Made by a program: the position numbers and the translations under genes | Shown: positions 50,028 to 58,046 of the stretch, one piece after another | Numbering within the stretch: the stretch's first letter is position 1 | Layout of the letters: each line of letters starts with the position of its first letter | The notes under the pieces: generated by a model | Told to the model about the DNA's origin: nothing | Database searches by the model: none | What the model saw: the letters and a program-made list of their open reading frames with translations, nothing else | DNA from: a virus | Virus record (IMG/VR): IMGVR_UViG_3300027861_000016 | Span: 1-64,000 of that record | Reading direction: 5' to 3' (one strand) | DNA: 64,000 nucleotides

Positions 50028-50302
50028 ATTGTATTAGTTTTAATTATTTCTTTTGCATCCTCTATAGCTTGTAGTCTTTCAGCATACTCATAGTTTGTTT
50101 CCAATCTACCTGTATAAAACACTAATCGTTCTATCCCATCATCTCCTTCTTCTATACTAACTTTATCAATTCGCCATTTGGCTAACTCATCACTTGATCT
50201 ATATATAGTACCATAATCAAAATATGGTTTACCATCTTCCCAAGAATCAGCCTTGACTATTAGTCTTCTTTCATAAATTACTTTCTTGTTATTCTTTATC
50301 AT
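50024..50302 (-). CDS. Hypothetical protein
   Basis: 92 aa in an operon of small genes. Confidence 0.6.
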   Translation of the reverse strand: MIKNNKKVIYERRLIVKADSWEDGKPYFDYGTIYRSSDELAKWRIDKVSIEEGDDGIERLVFYTGRLETNYEYAERLQAIEDAKEIIKTNTI

Positions 50303-50304
50303 AT

Positions 50305-50535
50305 CTACTTGTTTAAATAATAATTAGCCGCATCGTTAAATGCTAAGTTTACATCTTGAATTTTTTGCATTCCTAATCCTTTATGTATATGGGAATGTAC
50401 CATACTTAGTTCTTTAAAGGGATTAACCTTAACGGTCTTTCCTTTCCTCTCCTTAATATACTGCTCAATAACATATACTTGTTCTTCTATAGTATAAGTC
50501 ATTGGTTGTCTATTTACTATCTCTGTTACATCCAT
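50305..50535 (-). CDS. Hypothetical protein
   Basis: 76 aa in operon. Confidence 0.6.
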   Translation of the reverse strand: MDVTEIVNRQPMTYTIEEQVYVIEQYIKERKGKTVKVNPFKELSMVHSHIHKGLGMQKIQDVNLAFNDAANYYLNK

Positions 50536-50666
50536 TACTTTCTCTTTTTAGCTTTTCCATAGAAGTATTTCTTTACTGGTATATAATGTTTAACTACTAT
50601 TGGTTGACCTACTAAATCAACTCCTATTACATATTCGTGTATCATTTCTTCTCCTCCTTTTTATTA

Positions 50667-50873
50667 TTAAACCCAACTATTACGACATATAATATATAAT
50701 TCAAAAAGCTCCTCTTCGTTGAGAGATTCAAGATTTCTCCATTCTGTACTTCCATATTGATCTCTATATAGATGACCAGCCTTTATTGTTAGCGGATTAT
50801 TAAACGCATTATAATTTGGATGACTTCCTTTAACTAGAGCCTCTAAACCTTCTCTATCTAAATCTATTTTCAT
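50667..50873 (-). CDS. Hypothetical protein
   Basis: 68 aa; ATGA overlap with the upstream gene. Confidence 0.6.
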   Translation of the reverse strand: MKIDLDREGLEALVKGSHPNYNAFNNPLTIKAGHLYRDQYGSTEWRNLESLNEEELFELYIICRNSWV

Positions 50874-51067
50874 TTCTTCTCCTCTATTATTTGTTTATTC
50901 CTTTTAATTATTTCTTGTAGTAACTCACTAGCTACTACTTTATCTTTACTTAGTATATCTACAGCTAATTGTCTTAACTCTGGTGTACTTAGATTAGAAT
51001 AGTATGCTTTATTAATTACTTTAAAGTCTTCTTCTGTGTGATGTACTAATGGTGAATCTTTACTCAT
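50870..51067 (-). CDS. Hypothetical protein
   Basis: 65 aa in operon. Confidence 0.55.
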   Translation of the reverse strand: MSKDSPLVHHTEEDFKVINKAYYSNLSTPELRQLAVDILSKDKVVASELLQEIIKRNKQIIEEKK

Positions 51068-51491
51068 AATTTATATTTAATTGTTTAAATAGTTTCTTTA
51101 GTTCACTTTTGTTTTTAATGGTTCCTGCAAATATCTGCTCCCCATGAGAAGGTTCATAAATAAAAACTAACCCCTCTTCTAACCAAATCTGATCTCCTTT
51201 CTTATTCACAAAGAACTCAGGATTCTCTTCAAAACCTAAACTTTCTATATCTAAAGAGTCTAAGTGTTTTACTCTGACACCACATAAACCATTATCTGCA
51301 TTTTTACCAAACAACATTCTTTCTATATAGGGAGAATCTTGGCTTCCTGTGATACGTTCTATCCATTTGGCTTTATCATATTCTTCTTGTGTTTTAACTG
51401 TACCATCTCCGAAACGTTCTTTCATTTCATATTCAAATCCAAAATAAAACTCAGATATATCTGGCGTATAATATTTATTCATAGTATTCAT
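51060..51491 (-). CDS. Conserved hypothetical phage protein
   Basis: 'KYYTPDISEFYFGFEYE...RVKHLDSLDIESLGF...GTIKNKSELKKL', a pattern I associate with Bacteroidota phages. Confidence 0.65.
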   Translation of the reverse strand: MNTMNKYYTPDISEFYFGFEYEMKERFGDGTVKTQEEYDKAKWIERITGSQDSPYIERMLFGKNADNGLCGVRVKHLDSLDIESLGFEENPEFFVNKKGDQIWLEEGLVFIYEPSHGEQIFAGTIKNKSELKKLFKQLNINYE

Positions 51492-51693
51492 TAAAATTGT
51501 TTATAAACTCTATATAGTCCTTCTTCTTTTTAGGATAAGGAACTCTTATTTTTTTATATTCTTCAAATCCACAGTTAGGACAACTAAACTGACCATCCAT
51601 CATTGATATTGATTCTCTTTTATATTCAGTATAACATCTATGATTTTGGCATTTAATTACTAATTCATATTTACCTTCATCATCTTCTAACAT
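51475..51693 (-). CDS. Zn-ribbon protein
   Basis: CxxxxC ... CPNCG. Confidence 0.55.
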   Translation of the reverse strand: MLEDDEGKYELVIKCQNHRCYTEYKRESISMMDGQFSCPNCGFEEYKKIRVPYPKKKKDYIEFINNFNEYYE

Positions 51694-51862
51694 AGTTATT
51701 TACTTACTGGATACTTTCTATCTAAATCCTCTCTAATCATTTCTTCTTGTAAAGGATCAATCTCTTCTCCATACATTTCTAGAAGTTCATATCCTGTTAC
51801 CCATTTAACTTTATCTCTATACTTTAATCTAGAGTCTAATTTATGTTGTTCTATTTGATCTT

Positions 51863-52120
51863 CTACATCCATCTTCCAAATCCCGGTTTAGTTTTTAACT
51901 CTTTTCTTTGTAAATATATTTGATTACTTAATCTCATTTGTATATCAGTAATATGATCCATTAGTAAATCAAATTCTATAAGTTCTTGAGTATACTTTTG
52001 ATAGATTTTATCAGCAGGAGGTCTTTTCCAAGTATGTTCTTTTGTAGTATCTATTGGGAAATCCTTTATTACTCTTCTATAATTTAATTGGAACCATTTA
52101 TTAATTCTAAACTCATGCAT
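51863..52120 (-). CDS. Hypothetical protein
   Basis: 85 aa ORF in operon. Confidence 0.55.
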   Translation of the reverse strand: MHEFRINKWFQLNYRRVIKDFPIDTTKEHTWKRPPADKIYQKYTQELIEFDLLMDHITDIQMRLSNQIYLQRKELKTKPGFGRWM

Positions 52121-52129
52121 AGTTTTACT

Positions 52130-52432
52130 TTATTTATATAATTTACAACAACATTCTTCTTTCTCATATCCATTGATACATAATTGATCAATGGTAATCT
52201 CATAAGGTAATTGACTTTCAAAAGGACAATTACTCTTAGGTGTTCTTTCTACTTGACATGGACAATAACCTTCTTTCTTTTCTATACCATCTAATATCTT
52301 GTGTACATATTTAATATCTTGGTTAATTGTTAGTTTTTCTTTCTTCTTAGCTTTTTGCTTCTGTACTATTCCTAATACTTCTTTCATGGCTGCGTCTAAA
52401 TCTCTAACTACTGTTTCTTTATCTAATATCAT
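52130..52432 (-). CDS. Ferredoxin:thioredoxin reductase catalytic subunit-like protein
   Basis: 'GYCPC...CPF...C...CCCKLY' versus the FTR CPC/CPC/CHC pattern; likely ATG start at 52432, just after a promoter. Confidence 0.6.
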   Translation of the reverse strand: MILDKETVVRDLDAAMKEVLGIVQKQKAKKKEKLTINQDIKYVHKILDGIEKKEGYCPCQVERTPKSNCPFESQLPYEITIDQLCINGYEKEECCCKLYK

Positions 52433-52436
52433 ACAC

Positions 52437-52467
52437 CAAATGTACACTAATAATTCTATAAAACAAA
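52437..52467 (-). promoter_or_regulatory. Bacteroidota housekeeping promoter (leaderless mRNA)
   Basis: TTTG-N19-TACATTTG, with ATG 4 nt downstream. Confidence 0.65.
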
Positions 52468-52498
52468 AAATCCTCTAACATTAATTTGTTAGAGGATT
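52461..52498 (-). terminator. Intrinsic terminator
   Basis: 12-bp perfect stem AATCCTCTAACA/TGTTAGAGGATT, 6-nt loop, TTTTGTTTT tail. Confidence 0.85.
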
Positions 52499-52657
52499 AT
52501 AATTTTCCACCAGGAAGCAAACCTTGGTTTGTACATTAATTTGAAAGGACTTATTCATACTTTACCTTTCTTGTATAACCTATCTATGACATAGGCTTCG
52601 TGGAAGTGAAAGAGTCGAACTTTCTTTATACCCTCTAGTAGTAACCATTACTTCCTT
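52463..52657 (-). ncRNA. ~190-nt small RNA with a 5' tRNA-like (acceptor + T-arm) domain
   Basis: GGAAGT...GAAAG-TTCGACT-CTTTC-ACTTCC-A at 52655-52601; own promoter and terminator; further hairpins 3'. Confidence 0.55.
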
Positions 52658-52663
52658 ATTCTG

Positions 52664-52694
52664 CAAATATAATATTATTAATTTAGAATCCTAA
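52664..52694 (-). promoter_or_regulatory. Bacteroidota promoter for the small RNA
   Basis: TTAG-N19-TATATTTG, 8 nt upstream of the tRNA-like 5' end. Confidence 0.6.
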
Positions 52695-52699
52695 TGTTT

Positions 52700-52852
52700 C
52701 TATAGTAAAAGGATTAAAAATACTATCAATACTATGATAGGTAAGAATCTAAATACTTCAAGTACTAATATTACTATATAATACAGAAGTAATAAATTGA
52801 TGTAAAATACTACTATAAGTAAGAGTAGTATTATTTCTATAAATGTTTTCAT
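52700..52852 (-). CDS. Small membrane protein
   Basis: 50 aa, almost entirely hydrophobic (MKTFIEIILLLLIVVFY...). Confidence 0.45.
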   Translation of the reverse strand: MKTFIEIILLLLIVVFYINLLLLYYIVILVLEVFRFLPIIVLIVFLILLL

Positions 52853-52854
52853 AT

Positions 52855-53037
52855 CTAAAATCTAAATATATCTTTTTGTTTTATTCTCTTTATAAACTGT
52901 GATGGACTAATACCTCTCTTATGTATTTCTGAAATATCCATAACAAACTTACATCCTTGTCTTTTCTTACACCTATCAATATTAATTAAAATTCTTCTAT
53001 AGAATTCTTTCTTCTGTTTTCTTGGTAGTCTGCTCAT
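52855..53037 (-). CDS. Hypothetical basic protein
   Basis: 60 aa, begins MSRLPRKQKK. Confidence 0.55.
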   Translation of the reverse strand: MSRLPRKQKKEFYRRILINIDRCKKRQGCKFVMDISEIHKRGISPSQFIKRIKQKDIFRF

Positions 53038-53039
53038 AT

Positions 53040-53204
53040 TTATCTGTGTTTAGCTAAAGGTTTTAAATACTCGTGTACATCTAATATAGTTTTACAATTG
53101 TATGCTGTAAAGCCTTCAAGATTCCATACTATAACATCATCTGAGATTCTACTGTCTTCTTCTTTAATTTTTCTATTGAGATCATTTATAGTTTCTTCTT
53201 TCAT
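53040..53204 (-). CDS. Hypothetical protein
   Basis: 54 aa (MKEETINDLNRK...); preceded by TTTG-N19-TAACTTTA-N4-ATG. Confidence 0.5.
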   Translation of the reverse strand: MKEETINDLNRKIKEEDSRISDDVIVWNLEGFTAYNCKTILDVHEYLKPLAKHR

Positions 53205-53230
53205 AGTGTAAAGTTAAACATATTATTCTT

Positions 53231-53479
53231 TTATCCAAAAATTATATACCCTTCTTCTTTATATACCTTCTTTCTTTGTTCTGTTATAATACTATCCTTA
53301 TGTATATATGTTAACTCTGTACCATACTTTCCTTCTTTATGTGCCCATAGGAAGTAGTCATCAAAATCCTTTACTGTAGTAGATACTTTAAGTCTAGACA
53401 TCTCCTGTACTGTCATATATTTACTCCAGTCTACATCTGTTAGTAACACTTTTATTTGTTTGAATTCATCTTCTTTCAT
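53231..53479 (-). CDS. Hypothetical protein, first gene of the leftward arm
   Basis: 82 aa; TATATTTG element at 53484-53491, 4 nt upstream of ATG. Confidence 0.6.
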   Translation of the reverse strand: MKEDEFKQIKVLLTDVDWSKYMTVQEMSRLKVSTTVKDFDDYFLWAHKEGKYGTELTYIHKDSIITEQRKKVYKEEGYIIFG

Positions 53480-53683
53480 AAGTCAAATATAATAATTTTT
53501 TTTATTTTTTATAATACAAAGTAGATTAATTTATATAGGGAGGTGTACAAATTGTATGAAGGGTTACAAATACCATGGTCTCTATCATACCCTCCCCTAG
53601 TCAGCGGTGGAGATTGGCTGTACCCCCATGTTTATCACAGCTTTAAATTCAATTCATTTATTAATAACTTAATACATAACATT

Positions 53684-54211
53684 ATGTCTACAACAAACAC
53701 AGTAATCGGATCAGTTCTTTTATCAACATTCCTTAAAGAACAAACAAACTTTACCTTCAGAGCAGTTCCTAACAAAGAAAAGCAACCAACTGAAGGTATC
53801 ATGAATAAAGAGAGTGACAATCCTATTAACATGGGTAAGTACTCTATCTTACTTCCTCAAGTAATGAGTGACTTCACTATGATTACTCCTCAAATATCAA
53901 TGGAAGTAACTGAAGATGGTAGGACTTACACTAAAGTACAAGAGAAGGGTTACATCAACTTCTGGGCATTCGCAGGTTTATCTGATAAAGAATTCTCATT
54001 AATACCTGATAAGTGTCACGTACAGATCGAGAAGTCTGTTAATGAGGATACTGGAGACGTGTATTACAACACTAACCTTGTACCTGAAGATGGTGGTTTA
54101 ACTCTTCCTATTGCATCTAAGACTACTAATAAGTCTAATGCACAAACTAGTAAAGCAGGTATTCCTGAAGTACCTGTAAAACAAAAAGAGACTACTGATG
54201 AAACATTCTAG
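53684..54211 (+). CDS. Hypothetical early protein, first gene of the rightward arm
   Basis: Likely start ATG 53684 (MSTTNTVIG) after an A-rich leader; flexible acidic tail ending in F, as in SSBs; followed by a cUUCGg terminator. Confidence 0.6.
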   Translation: MSTTNTVIGSVLLSTFLKEQTNFTFRAVPNKEKQPTEGIMNKESDNPINMGKYSILLPQVMSDFTMITPQISMEVTEDGRTYTKVQEKGYINFWAFAGLSDKEFSLIPDKCHVQIEKSVNEDTGDVYYNTNLVPEDGGLTLPIASKTTNKSNAQTSKAGIPEVPVKQKETTDETF

Positions 54212-54220
54212 TAGATTCTC

Positions 54221-54248
54221 CTCCCTTCGGGGAGTTTCTCTTTTATTT
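54221..54248 (+). terminator. Intrinsic terminator
   Basis: CTCCC-TTCG-GGGAG then TTTCTCTTTT. Confidence 0.75.
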
Positions 54249-54271
54249 TAATTACTTAATACTATAATATT

Positions 54272-54610
54272 ATGAATATTCCTACAATAAATACAGTTGA
54301 TACTGATTGCAAATTAATAAAAGTAGATTCATTCCAAGCTACTCAAATAGCTTGTGGACTTGTACATGATAATAACTTTGTTGAGTTATCAACTCTCAAA
54401 TCTACTTGTGGTATTCCAATGTGTACATGGTTATCAATAACTAATGAGTTGCCTCAATCTATTACATTCCATGAATCTAATAGAACTGTTCTTAGAGAGG
54501 CTATCATTTCACGAATTAGACATTGCAAGAAAGAACGAGATAATGGTGGATTTGATTTTAATCCTCGTACTTATAATGCACAGCTTACTCTTCTGGAGAA
54601 ATTACTTTAA
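54272..54610 (+). CDS. Hypothetical protein
   Basis: 112 aa ORF with an A/T-rich leader. Confidence 0.55.
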   Translation: MNIPTINTVDTDCKLIKVDSFQATQIACGLVHDNNFVELSTLKSTCGIPMCTWLSITNELPQSITFHESNRTVLREAIISRIRHCKKERDNGGFDFNPRTYNAQLTLLEKLL

Positions 54611-54649
54611 TTATCTAACTACAACTTAATTACTTAATAACTAACTACT

Positions 54650-54852
54650 ATGAACAAGATTATATTCAGAGCACTCGTAGAAACAATGACTGACGAAGAA
54701 TTATCAATTCTTAATAAAGATAGTGAGTTTAAATCATTCTATAAGACTTTATAATGCATAAACTAAAAGAATTAATCAAACAAGCAATACCTTACACATG
54801 TTGTGTAGGGTTCTTTGCGGTATTTTACTTTATAACAATAGTGTTTAACTGA
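54650..54852 (+). CDS. Two coupled tiny ORFs (54650-54754, 34 aa; 54754-54852, 32 aa hydrophobic)
   Basis: TAATG coupling; the second stop runs into a terminator. Confidence 0.4.
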
Positions 54853-54876
54853 CCTCTTCGGAGGTTATTTTCTTTC
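54851..54876 (+). terminator. Intrinsic terminator
   Basis: GACCTC-TTCG-GAGGTT then ATTTTCTTT. Confidence 0.7.
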
Positions 54877-54909
54877 ACTTCTGATTCCTAGGAATCATAA
54901 TTTAATCGA

Positions 54910-55150
54910 CTAAAAGAAATGATTGTTCCTCGATATTTATCACAATAGTTAGAAACCTTAGATAAATGATTGTCTCTTGATATATTAATACAACAGTCAG
55001 AGAACAATCTATTCATAGATTAATACAACAGTTTATACAGATATTAAGGCAACAGTCTATTCATGTATGAAATGATTGTTTGTCGAATTTGAGCTTCGAA
55101 CTGGTCTTCGATGTGATTACCTCAACCAACGTGACTACCTTGACCAAGGT
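54910..55150. repeat. Non-coding iteron-like repeat cluster (candidate origin)
   Basis: 3x AAATGATTGT, 4x (A/G)CAA(C/T)AGT, 2x CTATTCAT, and a tandem 17-mer GTGAYTACCTYRACCAA x2. Confidence 0.5.
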
Positions 55151-55173
55151 GGGTATAAATAAAAATAAAAGAT

Positions 55174-55380
55174 ATGACAGTAAATATGTTATTAATAGGA
55201 GTGGGATGTGTGATTTGGTGCTTCCCTTTGTGGACAGTATTATCTAATATGATAACGACTCCTGTGCAGTTTTACCAACCAAAACTATGGGAAAAGTGGG
55301 TATTCTGGTTAACTATTGGTATGATAGTTGTTTCTGTGATAAAGATCATAGTTAACTATGGAGATTACGCATTGTTTTAG
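55174..55380 (+). CDS. Small membrane protein (2 TM)
   Basis: 68 aa with two hydrophobic segments. Confidence 0.55.
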   Translation: MTVNMLLIGVGCVIWCFPLWTVLSNMITTPVQFYQPKLWEKWVFWLTIGMIVVSVIKIIVNYGDYALF

Positions 55381-55645
55381 TTAAAGTATTACTTTAAGTG
55401 GGTGCTATAAGTGGTTGAGTGTTAAGAAGTTAACGTGTTAGTCTCACTCCTTCCTATTCCCTCAACAATCCTCAATATTCACACTTCCATAACTAACCAA
55501 CATTCTTTACCATTTAAACACAATTACAATACAACCCAATTGACACAGACTCTTCATATTACACCCAATAAAGAATATAAATCAATACCAAAACTCTTAA
55601 AAATATGCTTTACAATACAGTAAACGTACAATTAACACTAAACCA

Positions 55646-55792
55646 ATGGAAATACTAGCTCTATCAATAGGAATGTTATTAGGTTTAATAATATGGTTAT
55701 TAGATGTTCTAACAAAGAAAGCACCAATATTTGCTCTAATAATACTACTAGCAATTATAATTTCACTTCTAACTTTAATATTTAATCAATAA
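55646..55792 (+). CDS. Small membrane protein
   Basis: 48 aa, MEILALSIGMLLGLIIWLL..., two hydrophobic helices. Confidence 0.45.
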   Translation: MEILALSIGMLLGLIIWLLDVLTKKAPIFALIILLAIIISLLTLIFNQ

Positions 55793-55845
55793 AGTTCATG
55801 AAAGAAAGACATGTATTAAAACAACACAATTTAAACTAATCAAAT

Positions 55846-56790
55846 ATGAAAATAAAAAGATTTAATAGCTCAGAAGGTAATGTGTGGAAGTATGTATTTG
55901 ACTTCAAAGATGCAATTGCAGAAGCAATATTATATAAATATGATACATTCACAAAAAGAACAGTATTATGCATCTCTGTACAATCAGGATGTCCAGTAGG
56001 ATGTAACTTCTGTGGAACAGGAAAACAATTCATTAGAAACCTAACATCTGATGAAATAGTGAATCAAGTACGACATGTACTAAAAGATATGAATATTGAC
56101 ACTGATGACATAGAAAGATTCCAAATCATGTTCATGTCAATGGGTGAACCTATGTTAAACTTCGATAACGTTAAATGTTCTATTCATGACTTACATTATC
56201 TTTACTCAAATACTGAATTACTATTATCTACTATTGGTGTATTAAATGCTGAAGTAGTAGCTGATCTTATTACTTTAAGTAGAGCAATTGATAAAGTAGG
56301 TCTACAATTTTCAGTACATGAAGCAATTGATACTAAAAGAGATGAATTAATACCCTTTAAAAACAAATTAACTCTTCGTCAAATAAGAGACTTTGGTATA
56401 CTTTGGAATCAACAAACAAATAGACCTGTTTATATCAATTATTGTGTAACAGATACAAACCAAAGCGAAGAAGAGTTATATAGACTAATGGATCTATTTC
56501 CTCCAGCCATATTCAATTTTACATTCTCTGTAGTATGTTCAGACGATGAAACTATGAAAGATAAAGGGTATAAAGACTTAGGCGCAATAAATAAAATATC
56601 TTCTTTATTCTTATCCAATGATTACAATGTCAGAGTATTTAATCCAGCAGGACAAGATGATATTGGAGGAGGATGTGGACAACTATGGTATGTGCAAGAA
56701 TGGATGAAAAAGAATAAAAAATGTTTAACCAACACTAAATATGATGAACAGTTAAAACTTGGAATACCTTTAGATAAAATAATAAACTAA
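55846..56790 (+). CDS. rlmN: RlmN/Cfr-family radical SAM RNA methyltransferase
   Basis: 'LCISVQSGCPVGCNFC' (CxxxCxxC plus upstream catalytic Cys), 'MSMGEP', 'FSVH', 'DIGGGCGQL'. Confidence 0.82.
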   Translation: MKIKRFNSSEGNVWKYVFDFKDAIAEAILYKYDTFTKRTVLCISVQSGCPVGCNFCGTGKQFIRNLTSDEIVNQVRHVLKDMNIDTDDIERFQIMFMSMGEPMLNFDNVKCSIHDLHYLYSNTELLLSTIGVLNAEVVADLITLSRAIDKVGLQFSVHEAIDTKRDELIPFKNKLTLRQIRDFGILWNQQTNRPVYINYCVTDTNQSEEELYRLMDLFPPAIFNFTFSVVCSDDETMKDKGYKDLGAINKISSLFLSNDYNVRVFNPAGQDDIGGGCGQLWYVQEWMKKNKKCLTNTKYDEQLKLGIPLDKIIN

Positions 56791-56803
56791 CTATTTAAAC
56801 CAT

Positions 56804-57007
56804 ATGAAAGTATATCTTTTTAAATTCGATACAAACTATGGAGAAGCCGGTATAATAGTAACAACAGTTCTAGGATTAGAACATGCTAAGAAACTAGCTT
56901 TAGAACAAGGTGCTTGGGATACAAATTGTATTACAGAACTAAGCCCTAAAGAAGGAGCTATAACAAGTGTAAACTTTGGAGTACAAGGTAATTATGGTAA
57001 CTACTAA
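56804..57007 (+). CDS. Hypothetical protein
   Basis: 67 aa. Confidence 0.55.
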   Translation: MKVYLFKFDTNYGEAGIIVTTVLGLEHAKKLALEQGAWDTNCITELSPKEGAITSVNFGVQGNYGNY

Positions 57008-57027
57008 TAATACTAAAACAAAAACCA

Positions 57028-57198
57028 ATGAATAAAACTATAGAATTCGTAACTACATGTGTAAAACATGATAATGATATACTAAGAGAAGACTCTTCTC
57101 CTTACTCTGAACTTTTAGATATAAATGAATTAATAATGAACAATATCCCTGAAGATGAAGAGTATACTCTAACTATTAAACTAGAAAAGAATGAATAA
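57028..57198 (+). CDS. Hypothetical acidic protein
   Basis: 56 aa, MNKTIEFVTTC..., fills the gap in the operon. Confidence 0.45.
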   Translation: MNKTIEFVTTCVKHDNDILREDSSPYSELLDINELIMNNIPEDEEYTLTIKLEKNE

Positions 57199-57439
57199 AA
57201 CAATCTATCTAATACTAGCAATAATACTACTCCACTCATGTGGTGAAAGAATACCTATACTTGATGGAGAAGAGCCATTTGTTGTAGAAAGTATAACAAC
57301 TTATAATGACACCCATTGTATCTATGTAGCACATGATTGGAACAGTGGGTATAGTTTTTGGGCAATGGGTGAGCCACAAATAATACTCCCAACAGGATTA
57401 TATCAAATCAATGATACTATAAGTATTTCACCTAACTAA
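57191..57439 (+). CDS. Putative lipoprotein
   Basis: Signal peptide with lipobox 'LLHSC'. Confidence 0.6.
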   Translation: MNKTIYLILAIILLHSCGERIPILDGEEPFVVESITTYNDTHCIYVAHDWNSGYSFWAMGEPQIILPTGLYQINDTISISPN

Positions 57440-57450
57440 CAATTAATATC

Positions 57451-58044
57451 ATGAACAATCTACCAGAGAACTGGTGTGTAAAAGTGACCAAGGAGAATAA
57501 ATCAGTAATCAATAAATGGAAGATTAAACAAGACTTAAATGCTTCATTATTTGACTATGATTATCGTTTTGTTAAAAACAATGGTTGTGGAGATGTAACA
57601 GAACCAAGACATTTACAACTAATAACATTCGAACAATTTAAAAAATATATACTTATGCAAGAAGAAGAAATAATAGGATATAAACTAAAAGACTTTGTAA
57701 ATATTGAAGACGCTACGAATCTTTTTGAGTGTGAGTTAATACTAAGAAATAATTGTAATATACAAACAGATCAAATTGGATTAGTAAATATGGCTAAAGC
57801 CTTAAAAATATTAGACATATGGTTCGAACCTGTTTATGCACCTAAACTTACTTTACCTATAATTGGTGATTATCATGGATCCTTAGCAAGAGGTAACCTT
57901 AGTGTAGAATATGGTTGTAAAAATATATCACTTGAATTTATCCGAGGACTACTTGCAATAGGAGTCGAATCTCTTAAAATTGAAGGAATTCCTATTTCTA
58001 GGAAACAATTAGAACAAATAGTTAAATACTTTAATAATCTATAG
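57451..58044 (+). CDS. Hypothetical modular phage protein
   Basis: 197 aa; 'LPENWCVKVTKEN...ITFEQFKKYIL' module shared with 61799..62980. Confidence 0.65.
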   Translation: MNNLPENWCVKVTKENKSVINKWKIKQDLNASLFDYDYRFVKNNGCGDVTEPRHLQLITFEQFKKYILMQEEEIIGYKLKDFVNIEDATNLFECELILRNNCNIQTDQIGLVNMAKALKILDIWFEPVYAPKLTLPIIGDYHGSLARGNLSVEYGCKNISLEFIRGLLAIGVESLKIEGIPISRKQLEQIVKYFNNL

Positions 58045-58046
58045 TC

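Noticed and set aside
53543-53683. 5' extension of the 222-aa ORF from GTG 53543
   Set aside because: Runs through the structured divergence region; ATG 53684 has a typical A-rich leader
54910-55150. CRISPR array
   Set aside because: Repeats are short, degenerate and irregularly spaced; no constant repeat-spacer period and no cas genes
55435-55623. 62-aa ORF
   Set aside because: Arises from a G-depleted low-complexity tract; GTG start; no protein-like features
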